From NCBI GenBank assembly GCA_964445215.1, contig CAYUKF010000006.1, positions 1 through 26,217 on the forward strand: 26,217 nucleotides of DNA, read 5' to 3'. Position 1 is the stretch's first letter. Every line of letters starts with the position of its first letter. Below, one piece after another: positions 1-8,769 of this stretch. The notes beneath the pieces are model-generated. The model had not been told where the DNA came from. It saw only the letters and a program-made list of their open reading frames with translations, and ran no database searches. The DNA is from an uncultured Thiotrichales bacterium. GTDB taxonomy: Bacteria > Pseudomonadota > Gammaproteobacteria > GCA-2400775. The position numbers and the translations under genes are program-made.

Positions 1-135
1 TCTCGTTGCGCCCGAAGGGAAGCCATTAACGCCACGATTACGGCGTTGCAGCCCTTGCAAAGGAAGGCCACCCTTTGCGGCGGGCTGCGCCTTGTACTCG
101 TGGCGTTAATGGCTTTCTAACTCCGCATTGAGTAT
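1..135. repeat. Right half of a structured MITE-like repeat (same family as 5746-6012 and 16839-17104); left part lies outside the window
   Basis: CGCCCGAAGGG at 9-19; perfect 18-bp inverted repeat 20-37/98-115 (AAGCCATTAACGCCACGA/TCGTGGCGTTAATGGCTT); TACGGCGTTGCAGCCCTTG at 39-57 is identical to 5904-5922; likely end GAGTAT at 130-135 (cf. GAGTAC in the other copies). Right boundary uncertain. Confidence 0.75.
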
Positions 136-148
136 GAGACACTACACT

Positions 149-604
149 ATGTTATTGCTAGCTCTCTTTATCGTCGTACCGCTGGTCGAGATTTACCTGT
201 TGGTGAAAGTTGGCAGCGTGATTGGCCCCTTGCCAACAATTGCCCTGGTGGTGTTTACCGCAGTGCTTGGCACCCTGCTATTGCGTGCACAAGGTCTGGC
301 CACGCTGCGTCGTGTGCAAGCCAGCTTTGCTGCTGGGCAAGTGCCCGCTTTGGAGATGATGGAAGGCGTGGTCTTGCTGCTGTGTGGTGTGTTATTGCTG
401 ACACCCGGGTTTTTCACCGACACGCTGGGGTTTTTGTGCCTCATTACGCCGTTGCGACGTAGCTTGATTATGGCAGTGATTAAGCGTTTTAGCGTTTCAG
501 TAGCGCCGGATAGTGGGCCACCCAGTGAACAGTCAAATCGCTCAGGCCAATCAGAATCGGGCCCAGCGACAATCGAAGGTGAGTATCGACGCGAAGACGA
601 TTGA
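149..604 (+). CDS. fxsA: FxsA family inner-membrane protein
   Basis: LFIVVPLVEIYLLVKVG...IALVVFTAVLG...GVLLLTPGFFTD.LG pattern, polar C-tail ending TIEGEYRRED, usual position upstream of groES. Start placed at ATG 149; alternatives ATG 134 or the track's TTG 128. Confidence 0.9.
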   Translation: MLLLALFIVVPLVEIYLLVKVGSVIGPLPTIALVVFTAVLGTLLLRAQGLATLRRVQASFAAGQVPALEMMEGVVLLLCGVLLLTPGFFTDTLGFLCLITPLRRSLIMAVIKRFSVSVAPDSGPPSEQSNRSGQSESGPATIEGEYRREDD

Positions 605-674
605 TTCAGTGTGTCCTGGAATGTTATCGGGCGGCCCAGAATTTTATCGGGCAATCGATTTATTTTCTGCTAAA

Positions 675-705
675 CCCTTGACTCTGTCTGTTTCGCCCCT
701 ATCAT
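675..705 (+). promoter_or_regulatory. groES promoter: overlapping sigma32-like and sigma70-like elements
   Basis: CCCTTGAC(675-682)-N13-CCCCTAT(696-702) resembles the sigma32 consensus CTTGAA-N13/14-CCCCATnT; TTGACT(678-683)-N16-TATCAT(700-705) resembles sigma70. Confidence 0.6.
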
Positions 706-707
706 TG

Positions 708-734
708 TTAGCACTCAACAAGGGTGAGTGCTAA
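708..734. promoter_or_regulatory. CIRCE element (HrcA operator)
   Basis: Exact consensus TTAGCACTC-N9-GAGTGCTAA (708-716, 726-734), extendable to a 12-bp inverted repeat 705-716/726-737, between the promoter and groES. Confidence 0.95.
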
Positions 735-814
735 CAATCGCTAGCTTATGTGGCTATTGTTCTAAGCACAGTATTTAACTGTTTGATTATTAACGGTATT
801 TTAGGAGAAAGAAA

Positions 815-1105
815 ATGAACATTCGCCCATTACATGACCGGGTTTTGGTTCGTCGTTCCGAAGAAGAGCTGAAAAGCGCTGGCGGGATCGTCATTCCTGG
901 TAACGCAGCTGAGAAACCTTCACAAGGCGAAGTGCTTGCTGCAGGTAACGGTAAGATATTGGAAAATGGTGAAGTCCGCGCGATGGATGTCAAAGTTGGT
1001 GACAAGATCTTATTTGGCAAGTATTCCGGCAATGAAGTCAAAGTTGATGGCGAAGAGCTGTTGATGATGAAAGAAGAAGACATCATGGGTGTGGTTGAAG
1101 GCTAA
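815..1105 (+). CDS. groES: Co-chaperonin GroES
   Basis: [14 protein letters not shown]...[21 protein letters not shown]...[14 protein letters not shown]; AGGAG Shine-Dalgarno upstream. Confidence 0.99.
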   Translation: MNIRPLHDRVLVRRSEEELKSAGGIVIPGNAAEKPSQGEVLAAGNGKILENGEVRAMDVKVGDKILFGKYSGNEVKVDGEELLMMKEEDIMGVVEG

Positions 1106-1141
1106 GGCTATTTAATCACGCTGATGAAAACCAGAATTTAA

Positions 1142-2788
<1,647 letters not shown>

Positions 2789-2822
2789 TCATACTGCTTA
2801 GTTAAGTAAGCTCGTTAAAAAG

Positions 2823-2852
2823 GCCTCACTGAGAAATCGGTGAGGCTTTTTT
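2823..2852 (+). terminator. Rho-independent terminator of groESL
   Basis: GCCTCACTGA-GAAA-TCGGTGAGGC (10-bp stem with one G.U pair, GNRA loop) followed by T6 and preceded by A5, so possibly bidirectional. Confidence 0.9.
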
Positions 2853-3014
2853 ATGTCTGCGCCTTTTTATTATCTACGGTATGGAGTTGTGTAAAGCGTG
2901 GTGATGATGTAACGGTGACAAGGTCACAGACTGGATGGGGGCTTATCGCTATATTTAAAACCAGGAGTACGTGTAGCTAAATAACACTCATGCAGTGTAA
3001 GCAGGAGGTACGTT

Positions 3015-3116
3015 ATGAGCATAAAAAATGTGGTGATTGTGGTTATATTGGCAAGCCTTAGCGCGATGAATACAGCAGTATTATGCTTGATCTGTTGGCG
3101 TGGGGCTTCGGCTTGA
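3015..3116 (+). CDS. Putative 33-aa hydrophobic small protein, or 5' part of a frameshifted membrane-protein gene
   Basis: Not in the ORF track. AGGAGGT at 3003-3009, ATG 5 nt later; MSIKNVVIVVILASLSAMNTAVLCLICWRGASA*. Confidence 0.45.
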   Translation: MSIKNVVIVVILASLSAMNTAVLCLICWRGASA

Positions 3117-3316
3117 TTACAGCCTTGATTACGACCAATATTTATTTAGTGATGATTGGCCCTGTTGTCACCTATGGCATGTGCTTACGTTTCGTTCGCA
3201 CCGGTGCCCTAAGTGCGGCCACTGGGAGATGCGCCCTGAGGGAATACGGTAGCATTCCTGAGGAAGTGCTCTTGGGGTGCATCGTATTCACCATGATGTC
3301 CATCATCATGGCCTAA
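3083..3316 (+). CDS. Hypothetical hydrophobic ORF (77 aa), possibly the 3' part of a frameshifted gene starting at 3015
   Basis: ORF track; hydrophobic N- and C-terminal segments; no own SD; overlaps 3015-3116 in another frame. Confidence 0.3.
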   Translation: MLDLLAWGFGLITALITTNIYLVMIGPVVTYGMCLRFVRTGALSAATGRCALREYGSIPEEVLLGCIVFTMMSIIMA

Positions 3317-3390
3317 GACATCATTAATTTTTGGCTCCTTGCCACGCAACAATGGTGGACGCAGGAGGGACTAACCCCTACTGTAATTTT

Positions 3391-4575
3391 TTAACGCCCC
3401 GCCTGACTGGTCATGTGCGCTTCAAGAGAGCTTGTTTGATCAGGCTCATCATCATGGTTTTGCAGTGATAATCGGCCAAGGGCGGAGCCACTGTTGCTGC
3501 TGTTGTCTCCAGCATCTTTTTCTTCAAGGCTAATACGCAAGCGCAGATTGTTCTGCGAGTCGGCATTGCGTAAGGCTTCTTCCAGCGAGATTTTACTGGC
3601 CTTATAAAGCTTGTAAAGCGCAGCATCAAAGGTTTGCATGCCTAAATTTTCTGACTTAGTCATAATGTCTTTGATTTGTTCAATTTCACCTTTCAAAATA
3701 AGATCTTTTACTATTGGTGTGCCTAGTAAAATTTCGATAGCTGCAGTACGTTTGCCATCGAGGGTTTGCACTAGACGCTGTGAAATAAAGGCACGCATAT
3801 TCAACGATAGATCAGATAGCAACTGCTGGCGACGTTCTTCTGGGAAGAAATTAATAATACGACCAAAGGCCTGGTTAGCACTATTAGCGTGCAATGTTGA
3901 TAATACAAGGTGACCCGTTTCAGCAAAAGCGATGGCGTGCTCCATGGTTTCGCGATCACGAATTTCACCAATGAGAATAACGTCCGGTGCCTGACGTAAG
4001 GTATTTTTTAGTGCATCTGCGTAACTATTGGTATCAAAGCCGACCTCACGCTGATTAAGAATCGATTTTTTATGGCTGTGAACAAACTCGATTGGATCTT
4101 CGATAGTGATAATGTGACCACCGCTATTGGTGTTTCGGTAATCAATGAGGGAAGCTAGGGAGGTTGATTTACCGGATCCTGTCCCGCCAACAAATAGAAT
4201 CAGGCCACGTTTTTCCATAATTTGCTTTTTCAGTATCTGTGGCAAGCCCAGGCTTTCAAGGCTAGGGATAACGGTGTTGATGGAGCGTACCACCATGCCG
4301 ACTTCATGGCGCTGCTGAAAAATATTGACACGAAAACGACCGGTACCGTGTTCGGATACTGCCAAGTTCATTTCAGGCGCTTGTTCAAACGATGCTTGCT
4401 GATCTTCATCCATTAAGGCCATTGCCATGGCTTTAACGCGACCTGGTGGTAAGGGTGAACTTTCTATAGGCGTTAATACCCCCTGTGTTTTAATACTGGG
4501 GTACGCACCTGTGGTTAAATACAGATCGGAGCCTTCTTTGAGAACCAATATTTTGAGATAATCTTTAAATTCCAT
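3391..4575 (-). CDS. pilU: PilT/PilU-family type IV pilus retraction ATPase (PilU-like)
   Basis: GSDLYLTTG N-terminal motif, Walker A GGTGSGKST, TIEDPIE Asp box, ILIGEIRD Walker B, STLHAN His box, NLNQREVG-like ILNQREVG, GMQTFD. Start moved to ATG 4575 (MEFKDYLK); track start 4587. Confidence 0.85.
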   Translation of the reverse strand: MEFKDYLKILVLKEGSDLYLTTGAYPSIKTQGVLTPIESSPLPPGRVKAMAMALMDEDQQASFEQAPEMNLAVSEHGTGRFRVNIFQQRHEVGMVVRSINTVIPSLESLGLPQILKKQIMEKRGLILFVGGTGSGKSTSLASLIDYRNTNSGGHIITIEDPIEFVHSHKKSILNQREVGFDTNSYADALKNTLRQAPDVILIGEIRDRETMEHAIAFAETGHLVLSTLHANSANQAFGRIINFFPEERRQQLLSDLSLNMRAFISQRLVQTLDGKRTAAIEILLGTPIVKDLILKGEIEQIKDIMTKSENLGMQTFDAALYKLYKASKISLEEALRNADSQNNLRLRISLEEKDAGDNSSNSGSALGRLSLQNHDDEPDQTSSLEAHMTSQAGR

Positions 4576-4823
4576 GGATATGTGCACCGGTATCGATTGT
4601 GGAAAGTCTGTGACTGAGGTTATCGGCGGCTTTTTGCCAAGGCTTTAATCGGCGCTTTAATGTTAAAAACACTAAAACTATCTGTCTGATACAGGTAAAA
4701 TACACGGATTTGAGTACCAGAGCTTGAAGTCCATCGCAAAATGGACAGCTAGTTTGTAGTGCTGTGTCATCAATAGCTTGTCCCGGTATACAGAATGGGC
4801 AAGCAGAACCCAGGAAATGATCC

Positions 4824-5747
4824 ATGATGGATGATCGTGACGGCGTCATTTGGTTTGACGGCGAGCTAGTACCTTGGCGTGAGGCCAAGATACATGTTTT
4901 AACGCATACCCTACATTATGGTTTAGGGGTATTTGAAGGCCTACGTGCCTATAAAACAGAAAAAGGTGCTGCGATTTTTCGACTGCAAGAGCACACCGAC
5001 CGTTTATTTGATTCAGCGCATATTCTTAATATGCCTATGCCTTATAGCAAGGATGAAATCAATGCGGCTGTTATTCAGGCGGTTGCTGAAAATAATCTGG
5101 ATTCAGGCTATATCCGCCCAATGTGCTTTTATGGCTCCGAAGGCATGGGGCTGCGCGCCGATAATCTAAAAACCCATGTCATTGTCGCCGCCTGGGCCTG
5201 GGGCTCTTATATGGGCGAAGAGAATATGGTCAATGGTCTCCGAGTACGGACCTCTTCGTATACACGCCATCGTACCAACATCACCATGTGCCGTGCCAAG
5301 ACCAATGGTAATTATGTTAATTCAATGATGGCACTGAGCGAAGCCTTGGCAGTTGGTTGTGATGAGGCTTTGTTGCTTGATGTCGATGGATTCGTTGCCG
5401 AAGGCAGTGGCGAAAATATTTTCATCATAAAAAATAATGTCCTGTATACGCCAGATTTGAGCTCTGCCTTGGCTGGTATTACGCGTGATACCATGTTTAC
5501 CTTGGCGCGTGAATCAGGCTATGAGGTGATAGAAAAACGTATTAGCCGTGATGACGTCTATATTGCTGATGAGGCCTTTTTTACCGGCAGTGCAGCCGAA
5601 GTAACGCCCATTCGCGAGCTTGATGGTCGCGCCATTGGTCAGGGTGGTCGTGGTCCAGTAACCGAAGAATTACAAGCGTTATACTTTGATCAGGTTCATG
5701 GGCGTCGTAGTGAGCATGCACAATGGTTGCGTTACGTTAACAAATAG
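4824..5747 (+). CDS. ilvE: Branched-chain amino acid aminotransferase (PLP class IV)
   Basis: DRDGVIWFDG, THTLHYG.GVFEG.RAY, YIRP, AK..GNY.NS (catalytic Lys), EGSGENIF, LAGITR, FFTGSAAEVTPI. Confidence 0.97.
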   Translation: MMDDRDGVIWFDGELVPWREAKIHVLTHTLHYGLGVFEGLRAYKTEKGAAIFRLQEHTDRLFDSAHILNMPMPYSKDEINAAVIQAVAENNLDSGYIRPMCFYGSEGMGLRADNLKTHVIVAAWAWGSYMGEENMVNGLRVRTSSYTRHRTNITMCRAKTNGNYVNSMMALSEALAVGCDEALLLDVDGFVAEGSGENIFIIKNNVLYTPDLSSALAGITRDTMFTLARESGYEVIEKRISRDDVYIADEAFFTGSAAEVTPIRELDGRAIGQGGRGPVTEELQALYFDQVHGRRSEHAQWLRYVNK

Positions 5748-6012
5748 TACTCCAACAACCTTGTATTGATAGGTTCAGCGAACCAAGAAGCAGTCAGATG
5801 CTAGGCGCGCTTACGCAGGGCTAGTTATTCTAGCTCAAGTAAGTGCAACAACGCAGATGGCTGCTTCTTGGCTCGCCCGAAGGGGGCCAGCCAAATGTAC
5901 CACTACGGCGTTGCAGCCCTTGACAAGGCTACGTGCCCTCGGGGTGCAACAAGCCTTGTATTGGTACATTTGGCTGGCTCTGAACCTATCAATACAAGGT
6001 TGTTGGAGTACT
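5746..6012. mobile_element. MITE-like structured repeat, 267 bp, with perfect 33-bp terminal inverted repeats
   Basis: AGTACTCCAACAACCTTGTATTGATAGGTTCAG (5746-5778) is the exact reverse complement of 5980-6012; inner stems 5778-5795/5859-5876 and 5886-5902/5962-5978; CGCCCGAAGGG at 5874-5884. Structure is seen directly; mobility is inferred. Confidence 0.8.
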
Positions 6013-6067
6013 GGCCTGGCGCTATAACTATGGCTTTAAGTCATTTGGAGAGAGTGTTTTGGTACAG

Positions 6068-6286
6068 ATGAATACACCGGGAAATACATCGGGCAACACC
6101 GATCTTATTGAGCCGAACGCGCAAAACCGTTATGAAGTGACCCAGGCAGACTTGCCATTACATTGCCCCATGCCTGGCATGAGTTTATGGAACTCGCATC
6201 CGCGCGTATTTTTGCAAGTTGAAGAAAAAGGCGAGACAAAGTGCCCATACTGCGGCGCTGACTACGTATTGGTTGAGCAGAGTTAG
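6068..6286 (+). CDS. Small zinc-finger protein (zf-CHCC family)
   Basis: DLPLHCP...WNSHPRVFL....GE.KCPYCG..Y pattern; commonly follows ilvE. ATG 6068 preferred over the track's TTG 6059. Confidence 0.88.
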   Translation: MNTPGNTSGNTDLIEPNAQNRYEVTQADLPLHCPMPGMSLWNSHPRVFLQVEEKGETKCPYCGADYVLVEQS

Positions 6287-6436
6287 ATTTCTCTATAGTT
6301 ATTTATAGTGTCATGGTTCTACACTGGTGATATTGAGTTTCTAACAAGATGCGGAAAAAGCCTCATATGGCACGATACGACGCTATACCCTCGAATTTTG
6401 CCTTTATAACCCTGTGGGTTTATTAAGGATTTAGCA

Positions 6437-7834
6437 ATGCCAGGATTTATTGCCTGCGGTCATGCCACCTTGTTGCGCACTCACCTGAGACTTTTTCAAC
6501 AACCTGCTAGAATTGTTCCCGATAAGAATCAATATTCTCGCAACAGGGGAAAACGTATTAATATTACCCGTCTACAAAGTAGTTTTGCCGTAGATAAGGC
6601 ATTGGCTGAATACCCACTTTTATCTAAAGCTGTATATTTATTGCTCGTTGCCCTGTTTTTATTTAGCTTTATTTCTAAAGCGGGTATCAATATTTTTTGT
6701 GGGTTGGCTTATTTATGTTCCGTGGTTTTGCTTTGGCGGCTTGGCTTGAGATCGTTGCGCGATTACCCGTGGTGGGTGCTTTTTTTAATACCCGTTTTAA
6801 TAGGGATACCGCTGTCAGCGTTAACTGAAGCAGGTGGAATCTACGAAATAGGGCAATATCTAACGCGTTTTAAGTTTTTCATTTTGCCTATAGCCATTAT
6901 CTTGGTAGCTCGTAACAAAAATGCCTCAATGGGTTTGCTTGTTGCTGTGTGGGTGTCTGCGCTAATAGCTACTCTTTATGGATTTAGCCAGCCTGAGCAA
7001 AGAGTGTTAGGGAACTTTGAAGGTTTTCACTTTATTCTGCGTAACGCAGATATGCTAGTTATTGTTATATTGACATTAATAGTATTTTTATTTGACGAGC
7101 ATTTTAGGCAGCAATATAGCAATTGGTTCTGGGTACTATTTCTATCGCTACTATTATTAAGCGCTGGGCTACTAATGAGCGCCGCTCGTGGAGCCTGGCT
7201 AGGGTGTTTTCTTGGTATGGTGGTGTTCAGCCTTCTATTCTATAGACGATTTTTTATCATTATTGCCATTGTTATTGTTACATCACTATTTTTTTTCGGT
7301 GAGAGTGAGTTTATACATGAAGCTAAATCAATATTTGATTTTAGCGCTAATTTTTCCAATAACGCGAGACTTCAACTATGGCAAGCAGGGTGGGATTTCT
7401 CACAGAAACAATTTTGGTTTGGAGCAGGTTATTCTCAGGTAGAATCATTATTTCTAGATCACTTTTTTAGTCAATCAGTTAGTTATCAACAACAGTACGC
7501 TCTTGCAGTCTTATTTCCATGGGATTTTCACAATAGTTATTTACAGATATTAGTAGAATGGGGCGCAGTTTTCTTTGGCATATTTATGCTCTGCGGCGCC
7601 GTGTTACTTGTTAACCTATACCGCTCTATACATAGAACGATGAAAGAAAATTGTGCGGTTGTGAAAGCGGCAGTCGTTGTTTCTTTTGGTTATCTGCCCA
7701 TACAGTTCTTTCACAACGAACTTTATGGTTACGGTACGGTTATTTATTTATTATTGTTGACCGTAGCCTTGTCTGCAAAAACATGGCAATCCTCTGAGCA
7801 GAGCTTGCAGAGTAGTGAGGTAGATGCTGCTTAG
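6437..7834 (+). CDS. waaL: O-antigen ligase family membrane protein
   Basis: About 10-12 hydrophobic segments, SAARGAWLG, periplasmic loop with RLQLWQAGW and HNSYLQILVEWG; located in an LPS cluster. First ~50 aa are atypical, so the start is uncertain. Confidence 0.82.
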   Translation: MPGFIACGHATLLRTHLRLFQQPARIVPDKNQYSRNRGKRINITRLQSSFAVDKALAEYPLLSKAVYLLLVALFLFSFISKAGINIFCGLAYLCSVVLLWRLGLRSLRDYPWWVLFLIPVLIGIPLSALTEAGGIYEIGQYLTRFKFFILPIAIILVARNKNASMGLLVAVWVSALIATLYGFSQPEQRVLGNFEGFHFILRNADMLVIVILTLIVFLFDEHFRQQYSNWFWVLFLSLLLLSAGLLMSAARGAWLGCFLGMVVFSLLFYRRFFIIIAIVIVTSLFFFGESEFIHEAKSIFDFSANFSNNARLQLWQAGWDFSQKQFWFGAGYSQVESLFLDHFFSQSVSYQQQYALAVLFPWDFHNSYLQILVEWGAVFFGIFMLCGAVLLVNLYRSIHRTMKENCAVVKAAVVVSFGYLPIQFFHNELYGYGTVIYLLLLTVALSAKTWQSSEQSLQSSEVDAA

Positions 7835-7903
7835 TAATATTTGTACAGGAAATTGCATTTTGTGTTACTTCTTACTATATGTCAGCATGATTAATTACCT
7901 GGT

Positions 7904-8698
7904 TTGTTTAGAAATATTAGAGAAAACACGGTGTCATATCAATTATCAGTCATTATTATTACAAAAAATGAACAAGACCGGCTTGATCGATGTTTGCGCT
8001 CAGTCGCCGATATCGCAGACGAGATCATTGTGTTGGACAGTGGCAGCACTGATAATTCGGTAGCTATTGCGCAAACCTACACCGATAAAGTTTACATTAC
8101 GGATTGGCCAGGTTATGGCCCGCAAAAGCAACGCGCTCTCGATATGACCATGTATGACTGGGTCTTGTCTATCGATGCTGATGAAGTCCTTACACCGGAG
8201 CTTGCAGGTGAAATTCAAACCATACTTGCCACATCACCTGTAGAAGTGTCCTTTAAGATTCAATGGGCGGTGATGTTATTTGGTAAACAACTTGATTATG
8301 GTCGCAGCGCCCGTTTTGTTGAACGTTTATTTCGGCGAGAAGGCGCACGATTTAGTGATGATTTAGTCCATGAAAAGGTCATCCTGCCCAAAGGCAAAAC
8401 GTCTAAGCTAAAAAATCGCTTGTTGCATTATTCAAACCGTGATTTCAAGCATTTGCTGGACAAAACAAGTTTGTATGCCAACCTCGGCGCTGAAAAGCGA
8501 TATAAAGCGGGCTGTTACGGTGGCGGGCTCGTTGTCGCGGCACTGAGGTCAGTTTGGGTATTCTTCCAGATTTATATATTGCGCTTGGGGATAGTTGATG
8601 GTGGGCGCGGTTTTTTAATGGCCATAATCTACGCGCAATACACCTTTAATAAGTACGCAGGTGCATGGGCCATGCGTGAAGATGAAAAAACTAAATAA
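7904..8698 (+). CDS. GT2 glycosyltransferase (WaaE/KdtX-like LPS core glucosyltransferase family)
   Basis: LSVIIITKNE, DEIIVLDSGSTD.SV, WPGYGPQKQRAL, WVLSIDADE, VHE, LLHY, G.VDGGRGFLMA. Alternative start GTG 7931. Confidence 0.9.
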   Translation: MFRNIRENTVSYQLSVIIITKNEQDRLDRCLRSVADIADEIIVLDSGSTDNSVAIAQTYTDKVYITDWPGYGPQKQRALDMTMYDWVLSIDADEVLTPELAGEIQTILATSPVEVSFKIQWAVMLFGKQLDYGRSARFVERLFRREGARFSDDLVHEKVILPKGKTSKLKNRLLHYSNRDFKHLLDKTSLYANLGAEKRYKAGCYGGGLVVAALRSVWVFFQIYILRLGIVDGGRGFLMAIIYAQYTFNKYAGAWAMREDEKTK

Positions 8699-8769
8699 TG
8701 TGTCGCTTGAAAAAACAGTGGATAAATTTATCGACTATTTTCAGGGGTTGGTCGCTACCTAATGCGTAT

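Noticed and set aside
2914-2928. CRP/FNR-like palindrome GGTGA-CAAGG-TCACA
   Set aside because: Spacer is 5 nt rather than the 6 nt required for CRP; could bind another regulator but cannot be assigned.
2964-2970. GGAGTAC, identical to the repeat-family terminus
   Set aside because: No partner GTACTCC arm or internal motifs nearby; explained as an SD-like sequence.
3196-3354. Minus-strand His/Asp-rich mini-ORF (...DVLGHDDGHHGEYD...) downstream of pilU
   Set aside because: Only a TTG start without SD, under 50 aa, antisense to the 3083-3316 ORF; coordinates approximate.
5868-6071. Short track ORFs inside repeats or RNA genes (5868-6071, 14635-14844, 16779-16994, 16852-17076, 16961-17149, 22648-22869)
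   Set aside because: They are readings of palindromic repeats or tRNA sequence, lack SDs and resemble no protein family.
6368-6384. sigma54 -24-like TGGCAC upstream of waaL
   Set aside because: The -12 TTGC element is missing at the required spacing.
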